In this document: in pieces, positions 27,090-35,089 of the stretch
Layout: each line of letters begins with the position of its first letter
How positions within the stretch are numbered: position 1 is the first letter of the stretch
Translations under genes and position numbers: made by a program
Assembly (NCBI GenBank): GCA_016182185.1
Contig: JACOXU010000001.1
Span: 15,700-79,699 of the forward strand
Direction: 5' to 3'
Source of the DNA: Candidatus Levyibacteriota bacterium
GTDB lineage: Bacteria; Patescibacteriota; Microgenomatia; Levybacterales; UBA12049
DNA length: 64,000 nucleotides
Notes under the pieces: model-generated
Database searches by the model: none
What the model was told of the DNA's origin: nothing
What the model saw: the letters and a program-made list of their open reading frames with translations, nothing else

Positions 27090-27710
27090 CTAAAATCCTA
27101 AGTTCTCTTTAATCAAAACTATCGTTATTCTTCCGGGTATCATTTCTTTGTTGATTATAAGGATTTTATTAACCCCACTTCGCATACCATAAGCTTTTTG
27201 TGCCCTCGCATCTTCGAGAGGATAGGAATATTCGTAAATTCTTCTTAAACCTTCTTGAAGGTTTTTAACAATTTTTTGCGTTCCTACTATAAAAATAACT
27301 TTTTCTGCGGAATAAACTTCTGTTGAAAGCTGGCTGCCTGTTGCCGATGCAATCAAAAGCTGTCCTTCCTCTGTTATAGCATGAACAGATCCCACTACAA
27401 ACTCAGGAGCGGCTCCAATCTTTGCCATCTCACGGCTTTGCGTGCTTCTATCCATTTTCATGAGTTTTTGCCTCACGGAATCATATTTCCCAGATTCGTT
27501 TATTTCCTTTGCAAGGCTTATAATTTCCCCAGTCCGGGACGTGGCGGTGAAAACTTCTGCTCCTGTTGGTAGCATTCCTAGAACTTCCTCTTTTGCCTCT
27601 TTGCCATTTTTAACAACGAGTGTTTTTATTCCGTTTGCTTCAAGTGCTTTTACGGCTTTTGCGATTCTCTGGTTATCGGCTAATTTATTAAAATTTTGAT
27701 TTGATTTCAT
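27090..27710 (-). CDS. LUD-domain (YkgG/LutC-like) protein, paralog
   Basis: SVHAITEEGQLLIASATGSQ...IFIVGTQKIV. Clearly homologous to 17928-18539. Confidence 0.65.
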   Translation of the reverse strand: MKSNQNFNKLADNQRIAKAVKALEANGIKTLVVKNGKEAKEEVLGMLPTGAEVFTATSRTGEIISLAKEINESGKYDSVRQKLMKMDRSTQSREMAKIGAAPEFVVGSVHAITEEGQLLIASATGSQLSTEVYSAEKVIFIVGTQKIVKNLQEGLRRIYEYSYPLEDARAQKAYGMRSGVNKILIINKEMIPGRITIVLIKENLGF

Positions 27711-27800
27711 AAGATTATTCTTTCCTTAATCAAAGTATAGTCGAGTTTTTAATTTGATTCTGTCGTTTGTAAGACAAAATAGTCTTTTTTTCAAATACAG

Positions 27801-29462
27801 TTAATTTGAGTAAAGTTCGGTATCCGGGTGGAACGCGGCCCAGGCAAACCAGAATAACCTGATGGGAATTATTTCTTCTTGGGTTTCAAGATTGATAGTT
27901 TTAATTTGTCCTGAATCAAGTTTTTCGAGTCGTAGGTTTATATCACCAATTTGATCCTCAATTATTTTTCGGTTGTCAAACACGCTTTCAGGATATGCTT
28001 TTGATAATCCATCCAGCTCAATCCCATAAACGACAGTCTTGATCTGAAGACTTTTATTTAATCCCTTTACTCCAAACAGTAGTTGGTCATCCTGCTCATA
28101 AGTGCCATAAGGATATTGGTCGTAATCCCTGCTGTGGTCTGTTTCCCGTGATAGAACTTGAGTATTAGGATGTTTTCGTTTCCATTCGCCCCATGTGGTT
28201 GTTACAATTGGTACCTGTTTTAGCTTTTCATTTCGACGGGCCGCTTCACCAACAATAGCCTCCCCTGTTATTTGTTGCCAGAGATTCCCTTCGTATCTGT
28301 CATACATAACAAGATCCGAATTATGCAGTTTTCCGGATACACCAAATTCCGTGATAACTCCGTCAACTTTTCTTTCAAATGCAAGAGCGGAACCGCAAAG
28401 CGGACAAAAAGTAATCGCAACTGGATCACCTGCAGCAATATCATTTACAATCTCATGCCAATTTAGGATTCGTTGAGGATAGGCTCGTTGTACCCCCATA
28501 TAATCAATTGCAAATACAACGTCATCATCCCGTAACCAACTAGCCTGCGTTGCTGATTCAAATTTAGGTTTATCAATCGATGGAATACAATCTTTTCCAC
28601 CAAAACAGCCTTGGAGCAAATCGCTTTTATCCACCTTAGCACCTGTGAAATCATTGGCGAGGGATACATCACGAACTACTGTTTCACCAGGTTTAGCTTT
28701 TTGCGTCTTTTTTCCACTTAAAGCCCTAAGTTGCTTGTCAATATTCACGCTTTTTTCAAACGTAGTTGCAAGCTGTGTCCATGAAGCAGGTAAATTTGCA
28801 AGCGTCCATGCCTGCAGTATTCTATCTGCTCCGGTCCATAAAAATAAAGCTGTGCCCAATATAATAATCCCAAAGATTTGTCTAATTTTTTGGTTGTTTG
28901 CTTTAACAAAACCAAGTCTTGCGGAAGCCGCGCGTCCGCCTTTTGCGATAAAATAGAGAGGAACGGCTGTTCCTAAAGCATAAGAAAATACTATTAAAAC
29001 AGATCCGAATGAGAGTGAATTTACTGCTGCGAGTGTTGCAACAGCCGCAACAACTGGACCAATACAGGGAGTCCACACAACTCCAAGACTTACACCTGTA
29101 ACAAGTCCCCCTCCGAATCCGCTACCTTGGTTTTGCACTGGACGGACTTGCCAGAAACGCTCAATTAGTATCAACGCCTTTTCCCAAATAATAGGAAAGA
29201 CCATGCTTAAACCAAAAATGACTAACAGTATTACAGCAATATTTCGAATTGTATCTGCAGGAATTCCAAAAACTTTTACAACTGTTGCAAGAAGAAGTGC
29301 GGCAATCGTAAAACTCACAACAAGCCCTATTATAACACCTCTTATTCGCCATATTTTTCCTTCAATTCCGCTTGCTAAAATAATGGGCAGAATGGGAAGA
29401 ACACATGGTGAAAAAACAGTTAAAACTCCTGACACAAATGCAATAGGTAAAAGCAAAAACAT
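27801..29462 (-). CDS. CcdA/DsbD-type thiol-disulfide transporter fused to a C-terminal DUF3179-like domain
   Basis: N-terminal ~240 aa: polytopic membrane domain with VFSPCVLPILP (CcdA/DsbD beta signature) and a second Cys (VWTPCIGP). C-terminal ~300 aa: ITFCPLCGS...FGVSGKL..DLVMYDR..GNLWQQ pattern typical of DUF3179. Confidence 0.75.
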   Translation of the reverse strand: MFLLLPIAFVSGVLTVFSPCVLPILPIILASGIEGKIWRIRGVIIGLVVSFTIAALLLATVVKVFGIPADTIRNIAVILLVIFGLSMVFPIIWEKALILIERFWQVRPVQNQGSGFGGGLVTGVSLGVVWTPCIGPVVAAVATLAAVNSLSFGSVLIVFSYALGTAVPLYFIAKGGRAASARLGFVKANNQKIRQIFGIIILGTALFLWTGADRILQAWTLANLPASWTQLATTFEKSVNIDKQLRALSGKKTQKAKPGETVVRDVSLANDFTGAKVDKSDLLQGCFGGKDCIPSIDKPKFESATQASWLRDDDVVFAIDYMGVQRAYPQRILNWHEIVNDIAAGDPVAITFCPLCGSALAFERKVDGVITEFGVSGKLHNSDLVMYDRYEGNLWQQITGEAIVGEAARRNEKLKQVPIVTTTWGEWKRKHPNTQVLSRETDHSRDYDQYPYGTYEQDDQLLFGVKGLNKSLQIKTVVYGIELDGLSKAYPESVFDNRKIIEDQIGDINLRLEKLDSGQIKTINLETQEEIIPIRLFWFAWAAFHPDTELYSN

Positions 29463-29463
29463 A

Positions 29464-29925
29464 TTAGTTTATTTGTGCAACTAAAGTATCAAAATCTCCG
29501 CCAATCCATCGTTTTATTTCGTTTCCCTGACTGTCAAGATAAACCATTGTATGCTGTTGTGCTATACCATACTTTTTCTTATTGAAGCTGTCGTGGTCGT
29601 AGTCAATCTTAAGTACTGTTAGGTTTTCGGGAAGCGATGCGCTTTTCTCTCTTAATTCTTTGTCTAAAGCAGAACATGTATTACACCATGCAGTTGCTGC
29701 AAAAAACAATACGGTATTTCCGTTTCCATATGCTTGCGTTAAGGTTCCTTCGGAATAATCAAAATAATGTGGGGAAATGGGTTGAAAATCAGCAAGTACT
29801 CTTTGCTGTGGGACTGTTTTATTTACAAAAAAATTATTAAAAAGAACTCCCGCAAAAATTACCCCCAGTACTATTATGGCAGTTGTAATTCCATTTAATT
29901 TCGTATTTTTTATTTTTAAAGTCAT
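29464..29925 (-). CDS. membrane-anchored thioredoxin-like protein (TlpA/ResA-like), WCNTC
   Basis: N-terminal TM anchor; Trx fold with active site WCNTC. Confidence 0.8.
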   Translation of the reverse strand: MTLKIKNTKLNGITTAIIVLGVIFAGVLFNNFFVNKTVPQQRVLADFQPISPHYFDYSEGTLTQAYGNGNTVLFFAATAWCNTCSALDKELREKSASLPENLTVLKIDYDHDSFNKKKYGIAQQHTMVYLDSQGNEIKRWIGGDFDTLVAQIN

Positions 29926-30365
29926 ATTAGTTGTTGTTTTATTGTTTCAATGCCGCCACCTATCCAATTATGTACTTCGTTCCCTTCGCTATCGACTTGT
30001 ACAAGTGTATGCTGTTGAACAATATTATATTTTTGTTTTAGCTCTTTTTCGGTATCGTAGTTTACCTGTAAAATAGTCACATCGTCAGGCAATTCACCAC
30101 TTCTTTCTTTAAGTTCCTCATCAAGGACTTTGCATGTTGGACACCATGAAGCCCAAAAATAGAGAACGGGGCGACCATTTGTCTTTCCAGCGGCAAGGTT
30201 CTCTTCTGAGTATTTAAGATAATGTGGGGCGATTTCTCCAGAATTGTCTTGAGTAGCTGTTATACTTCTTGTAGTATCTTTGGTCTTAGATTGCGTAAGA
30301 AAAACACCTCCTAAAATCACAATAAGAAGTATTATCACAATAGCAATTATTTTCCCGATCTTCAT
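29922..30365 (-). CDS. membrane-anchored thioredoxin-like protein (TlpA/ResA-like), WCPTC
   Basis: N-terminal TM anchor; active site WCPTC. Paralog of 29464-29925. Confidence 0.8.
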   Translation of the reverse strand: MKIGKIIAIVIILLIVILGGVFLTQSKTKDTTRSITATQDNSGEIAPHYLKYSEENLAAGKTNGRPVLYFWASWCPTCKVLDEELKERSGELPDDVTILQVNYDTEKELKQKYNIVQQHTLVQVDSEGNEVHNWIGGGIETIKQQLI

Positions 30366-30445
30366 ACTTTAAGCATACAGTAAACACTCTTCGGTATACC
30401 ACTCATAAAATTCTCAAAATTCTAGAATACTTCTGAAAGGGTTTG

Positions 30446-30847
30446 TTAATTAAGATTCGTAAGCAATGCTTCTACCCCTTTACCTCCGCTATTCCATCTC
30501 GTAATTTCCTTTCCCTGACTATCAACTTGAATAAATGTATCCTGCATGGTGATAGCATACTTTTTCTTCATGGCAGAATCATTATCATAGTCGACTTTAA
30601 GAATAGTTACATCTCCCGGAACTTCATCAAAATTTGCCTTAAAATTCCTGTCTGCTGCCTGACATGAAGGACACCAGGCAAGCGCCGCAAAGAAAAGAAC
30701 AGCACAACCATTGTTTGCCGTTGCTTTGGAAAGAGAATTTGATGAATAGTCAACATAGCGAGTTGCTATCGCAGAATCATTGGAGCCCATTGCAGAATCG
30801 TCTTCCATCATTTCCCCAGCTTCCATAAATGATCCGTCAGTCCACAT
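30446..30847 (-). CDS. thioredoxin-like protein (TlpA-like paralog), WCPSC, no N-terminal anchor
   Basis: Trx domain homologous to the two upstream paralogs (…VLFFAALAWCPSC…) but with an acidic 25-aa N-terminus instead of a TM helix. There is no in-frame upstream start before a stop at 30908. Confidence 0.6.
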   Translation of the reverse strand: MWTDGSFMEAGEMMEDDSAMGSNDSAIATRYVDYSSNSLSKATANNGCAVLFFAALAWCPSCQAADRNFKANFDEVPGDVTILKVDYDNDSAMKKKYAITMQDTFIQVDSQGKEITRWNSGGKGVEALLTNLN

Positions 30848-30888
30848 AGATTGTCCTTCTTTTAGGGTAAATGATGACCCATCTGTTT

Positions 30889-31164
30889 TTAATACTTCTC
30901 TGTTATCTTAACTACAGTGCCGTCATTTAGCGTGGCATCCTTCGTCATTGGTCTTAACTCATGATTTTTTTCAATCATCATCTTTCCGTCCTTTAAGATG
31001 TATCCAGTACCCATCATACTGTCCTCATTCTTCTCTTCCGTTACTCCTTGTACTGATGTTGTGTCTTGGGATAAAGGATCGTTTTTAGACTGCCCATTCA
31101 GAAGGAAAAAACCTCCGCTTAAAACTATCGCCGCTATTATTCCTAAGATGAGATACGTTTTCAT
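30889..31164 (-). CDS. small secreted/membrane-anchored protein (91 aa)
   Basis: Signal/TM helix MKTYLILGIIAAIVLSGGFF; GGAGGTGA RBS; Met-rich segment MMGTGYILKDGKMMIEK. It is the first gene downstream of the Crp/Fnr regulator. Confidence 0.5.
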   Translation of the reverse strand: MKTYLILGIIAAIVLSGGFFLLNGQSKNDPLSQDTTSVQGVTEEKNEDSMMGTGYILKDGKMMIEKNHELRPMTKDATLNDGTVVKITEKY

Positions 31165-31394
31165 TTATTCACCTCCATTCCCAAATTTAAGGAAATGTCG
31201 CTTTTAGTAATTTTCGCAACTTCTGTAGTTATATCTAATAACTGCATCAAGGTAATAACTTCTTTTCTATGTTTTTCGGTTTGAAAAATAGTTTTGTTCT
31301 TATCCTTTTTCTCATCATCGCAACAAGTACGTATACCTTTCATGTGACAAGAATATAACTCAATAAACAATAAATCTGTCGCGTAGAAGACAAT

Positions 31395-32057
31395 TTAAGA
31401 GGACAGTTGCTCTAGGTGTGAGGAATTAAACTGGAGCATTTTTTTTGAACGCTTAATATGCCCCTTTTTCTCTAGTTGGTTAATAAGGGTTGTTACAGTT
31501 TGTCGTGAGATGCCAAGCATCTGGGCAAGTTCTTCATGTGTAAATTTATCTGATATCTCCATATAATCTTCAGATTTTGGCTTACCTAGGCTCAAAAGTA
31601 ACTTAACTAATCTTTGAAATGCATTATCGGCGGCCACTGAGGACATTCGCTTCTCAACTGAAAGAAGTCTATTAAAAAGCTGCTTCATTAATTTTTCAGA
31701 TAGGTCCGGATACTGAGAGATTAGTGTAAAAAAATTGTTTTTTTCAAGAGAGCACACATATGAATCAACCGTTGCCTCCACAAATATCTCAGATGAACCC
31801 TCAGAGCCTAAATCTCCAAATAAACTTCCCGGACGCAGCCTTTCTATTATCGTCTTTTTACCTGATGGGGTGAGCTGAAACAATTCCACTTGGCCAGTTT
31901 TTACAAGAAATACTTTATCTCTGTCTCCAGGTTCAAAAATTACCTCTCTTTTACTATATTCCTTCATAGCAAACAGAGACTCTATTTTATGAAGTTTATC
32001 TTTCGCTAAGTCTTTAAACAAATCGAGCTGTTGAATGTACCAAAGCTTCTTGTTCAT
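31395..32057 (-). CDS. Crp/Fnr-family transcriptional regulator
   Basis: N-terminal cNMP-binding-like beta-roll; C-terminal HTH (HEELAQMLGISRQTVTTLINQLEKKGHI). Confidence 0.85.
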   Translation of the reverse strand: MNKKLWYIQQLDLFKDLAKDKLHKIESLFAMKEYSKREVIFEPGDRDKVFLVKTGQVELFQLTPSGKKTIIERLRPGSLFGDLGSEGSSEIFVEATVDSYVCSLEKNNFFTLISQYPDLSEKLMKQLFNRLLSVEKRMSSVAADNAFQRLVKLLLSLGKPKSEDYMEISDKFTHEELAQMLGISRQTVTTLINQLEKKGHIKRSKKMLQFNSSHLEQLSS

Positions 32058-32098
32058 ATACCCATTCTATCAAATAAACATGCATATTTGGAATCACT

Positions 32099-32126
32099 AA
32101 AAAGCCCCTCCGTAAAAGAAGGGGCT
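32099..32126 (-). terminator. rho-independent terminator after the GT2 gene
   Basis: Hairpin AGCCCCT-CCGTAAAAGA-AGGGGCT flanked by an A-run (5') and a T-run (3'), so it can act on either strand. It sits between the GT2 gene end and the Crp/Fnr promoter. Confidence 0.5.
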
Positions 32127-32199
32127 TTAGAAAATATCATTAAGATTCTTTAACGCTCTTCCTCAATCCCTTAGTAAGAATAGGAGGAAATGTCAATCA

Positions 32200-33015
32200 T
32201 TAATCCAAAATTTTTCTAATATATTTCGTGATGTATTTGAGGAAATACTTCTTCAAGACTGTTCTGATCTTTTGATTTTTAATCTGGTTAATCATTGCAA
32301 TTAAGCCATCAAAAGTGTCTACCTGAATAAGATTTTCAAGCTGCTTAAGGTCCTTCATTGAATTTATTTCGATTCTGCCCGATTCCTGGAGAACCCCGAC
32401 TGTGGAGAGAAGATATTGCTTAAGCGCCATAGATCTTGGCCATTTGTTCGTTTTAGCAGGTTTAACCAGTCCCTTAAGCGGAACAATTTTTATTTCTTTT
32501 TTGCTAAATAAAGTGTTAAGTATTATTTCGCTTCCTCCTGCTCCTTTTGTCCTTGATAACTTAGAAATATGAGGAGCCACAGAAGAACGCGGATAAACTC
32601 TTTCTCCAGCTAAATATACTTCGTGTCTCTCGTATTTTCCGTTTCCATGCTTGGTCGGAACAGCGAAAACTACTTTAGTTTTCCCTTTGAGAATTGGCTT
32701 AAATATTTTATTTATATGATCAGTGGTGAGATTAATTAAGTCACTATCGCAGAAGAATAAATATTGACCGGTTGCTTTCTTTATTCCTGCCGCAACTGCC
32801 CTGCCCTTTCCTTGGTTCTGTTTAAAATTTATTAATTTAATTTTATTGCCAAATTTTTTAAGAACCTCAAGGCTATTGTCTGAAGAGCCATCATTTATCG
32901 AAACAATTTCATTAATTAAATTAGAGCTAAGCAGTGTATCGATCACTTTTCCAACTCTTTTTCCCTCATTAAATACCGGAACGATTGCGCTTACTTTCAA
33001 ATTTTGCAGTTTCAT
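32200..33015 (-). CDS. family 2 glycosyltransferase (polyprenyl-phosphate sugar synthase-like)
   Basis: VSAIVPVFNEGKRV...INDGSSDNS...FFCDSDL GT2 motifs (DxD). Confidence 0.8.
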   Translation of the reverse strand: MKLQNLKVSAIVPVFNEGKRVGKVIDTLLSSNLINEIVSINDGSSDNSLEVLKKFGNKIKLINFKQNQGKGRAVAAGIKKATGQYLFFCDSDLINLTTDHINKIFKPILKGKTKVVFAVPTKHGNGKYERHEVYLAGERVYPRSSVAPHISKLSRTKGAGGSEIILNTLFSKKEIKIVPLKGLVKPAKTNKWPRSMALKQYLLSTVGVLQESGRIEINSMKDLKQLENLIQVDTFDGLIAMINQIKNQKIRTVLKKYFLKYITKYIRKILD

Positions 33016-33104
33016 AGGTAATCATTATTCTATTTTAAAACACATATCAATGCAAATAGGGCAATTGATTAAAAGATGTGGTATATTAAAGAAATATTTT
33101 AGCT

Positions 33105-34202
33105 ATGAAAATTATTAAAGTTGTTTTAAGTTTGGCGTTTTTATTTTTTTTACTGCCTCAAATTACACTTGCTCAAGCTCCGCCAAAAGACGAAAGATTT
33201 GAAGCTGTCGTTGTGAAAGTTCAAGAAGAAAAACAAATCGAAATAAATGGAAAAAAACAATTATACCAAAAATTGGAGCTTAGAATTACAAGTGAAGATT
33301 CTAAAGGTAAAATTGTCATTATTGAAAATGGTAAGATCCCTCAGGTGAAGGTTCAGGAGTTTAAAGCAGGTGATAAATTGGTAATTACGAAAAGTAAAGA
33401 TGAGGAAGGCAAAGACGTTTATTTGATAGCGGATTTTATAAGGCGGGATTCATTGTATATATTATTCGCTATTTTTGTCGGTCTTGTTATTTTCATCGGT
33501 CGAAAAAGAGGAATCTTGTCCATACTCGGAATGATAATATCATTTTTTATTATTTTTACCTTTATTCTTCCTCAGATTATGCAAGGAAGAGATCCGATAT
33601 TAATAACGGTTACTGCTTCATTTATTATCATACCTTTAACATTTTACTTATCGCACGGTTTGAATATGAAAACAACGTCTGCAGTTCTAGGAACGCTTAT
33701 TGCACTTATTATTACGGGAATCCTGGCAAATGTGTTCGTAGACGCGACAAGGCTCACGGGATTTGCCTCAGAGGAAGCGGGATTTTTGGAAATGATGAGG
33801 CAAGGAGCTTTCAATATGAAGGCGCTTCTGTTATCAGGTATTATAATCGGCGTATTGGGAATACTCGATGATATTACGGTTTCTCAAGCAGCGATTGTTT
33901 ATCAGCTCAAAGAAACATCACCCAAACTTCCTATTCAAGAGCTTTACTCAAGGGCAATGGATGTGGGAAAAGATCACATCGCCTCTATGGTCAACACGCT
34001 GGTACTTGTTTATACTGGGGCGGCCATGCCTCTTTTGTTGTTATTTATTAACAACAAAAGCCCGTTTGGCCAGGTGATAAATTTCGAAATCATAGCCGAA
34101 GAAATTGTGAGGACGCTTGTGGCAAGCACAGGCCTTATCTTGGCAGTTCCGATAACGACATTTATTACCGCACTTATTGTCTATAACAAAATAAAACTGT
34201 AA
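33105..34202 (+). CDS. YibE/F-family membrane protein
   Basis: Signal peptide plus an extracytoplasmic domain, then a polytopic region with a GILDDITVSQAAIV motif. Confidence 0.7.
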   Translation: MKIIKVVLSLAFLFFLLPQITLAQAPPKDERFEAVVVKVQEEKQIEINGKKQLYQKLELRITSEDSKGKIVIIENGKIPQVKVQEFKAGDKLVITKSKDEEGKDVYLIADFIRRDSLYILFAIFVGLVIFIGRKRGILSILGMIISFFIIFTFILPQIMQGRDPILITVTASFIIIPLTFYLSHGLNMKTTSAVLGTLIALIITGILANVFVDATRLTGFASEEAGFLEMMRQGAFNMKALLLSGIIIGVLGILDDITVSQAAIVYQLKETSPKLPIQELYSRAMDVGKDHIASMVNTLVLVYTGAAMPLLLLFINNKSPFGQVINFEIIAEEIVRTLVASTGLILAVPITTFITALIVYNKIKL

Positions 34203-34216
34203 TTCCCCGGAGCCAG

Positions 34217-34245
34217 TTGTTGTAATCGCTGTTTTCTGGTATAAT
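34217..34245 (+). promoter_or_regulatory. sigma70 promoter with extended -10 (TTGTTG-17-TGgTATAAT)
   Basis: TATAAT at 34240-34245 preceded by TG; TTGTTG at 34217-34222. It gives a ~180-nt 5' UTR before the RRM protein gene. Confidence 0.45.
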
Positions 34246-34431
34246 ACTTTTAGTCACAGCAGATTAAAGTAACGAATCTGCTTAACTTTGAATAGTTACT
34301 GATTAGACAAGGTAAAGATAGTCAATCTTTATAAAGTAGTATAAATTCGTATCTTTTCCTCTACTCACAACTCTTCTTTTTATTTAAGCAGTTTCATTAT
34401 TTTAATTTACTTTTATTCGAAAGGAGGAAAT

Positions 34432-34728
34432 ATGTCAAACAAATTATTCATAGGAAGTCTTTCATACAGTGCTACAGATTCACAACTTGAGGAACATTTT
34501 TCAAAGAGCGGAAAAGTCCTGTCTGCCAAGGTAATTACAGATAGATATTCAGGTCAGGGTAAAGGTTTTGGATTCGTCGAGATGTCTACTGAAGAGGAAG
34601 CAAAAAAAGCAATGAAAGAGCTAAACGGTACGACTCTTGATGGAAGAAACATTGTAGTAAAAGAAGCAAAGCCTCAAGAAGAAAGAGGAAGTCGCAGGAA
34701 TGATAGCTCGGGAAGCATTCAGTGGTAA
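34432..34728 (+). CDS. RNA-binding protein with RRM domain
   Basis: RNP-2 LFIGSL and RNP-1 KGFGFVEM; AAAGGAGG RBS. Confidence 0.85.
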   Translation: MSNKLFIGSLSYSATDSQLEEHFSKSGKVLSAKVITDRYSGQGKGFGFVEMSTEEEAKKAMKELNGTTLDGRNIVVKEAKPQEERGSRRNDSSGSIQW

Positions 34729-35050
34729 TTCTATATCTGTGAAAATAATTATAAACTCTAAAAAAAGTTATCTTGATGAGCACTGCAGTCGTTGCGGAAG
34801 TGAAAAACGTGTTGCAAGGAAATGGAAAGAGGAAATCGCAACGCTGACAGGAACAACGGTTCTAAAACATACTCAAATAGTTTGCATGAACGAGGAATGT
34901 CAGATGGAAGCAGATGAGCTTCTTCTTAAAGAGGCGCAAAAAAGACAAGATGCAAAAATGAAAAAGCAGGCAAATGATGAATTAAGAAAAGTTAATATTC
35001 TTCTTGCAGCAAGCAAAATTAGAAAAAATGCCCCAGAAATAAATTCCTGA
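34700..35050 (+). CDS. hypothetical zinc-ribbon-like protein
   Basis: CSRCGSE...CMNEEC (two Cx2C). Overlaps the RRM gene 3' end; the start is uncertain. Confidence 0.35.
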   Translation: MIAREAFSGNSISVKIIINSKKSYLDEHCSRCGSEKRVARKWKEEIATLTGTTVLKHTQIVCMNEECQMEADELLLKEAQKRQDAKMKKQANDELRKVNILLAASKIRKNAPEINS

Positions 35051-35089
35051 TGTTAAATAATTTATGCTGCCATTTTTTGGGCAAAGGGC

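Noticed and set aside
31161-31370. 69-aa minus-strand ORF in the Crp/Fnr-to-91-aa-gene intergenic region
   Set aside because: It overlaps the start and RBS of the 91-aa gene, has no RBS of its own, and more likely lies within the promoter/5'UTR region.
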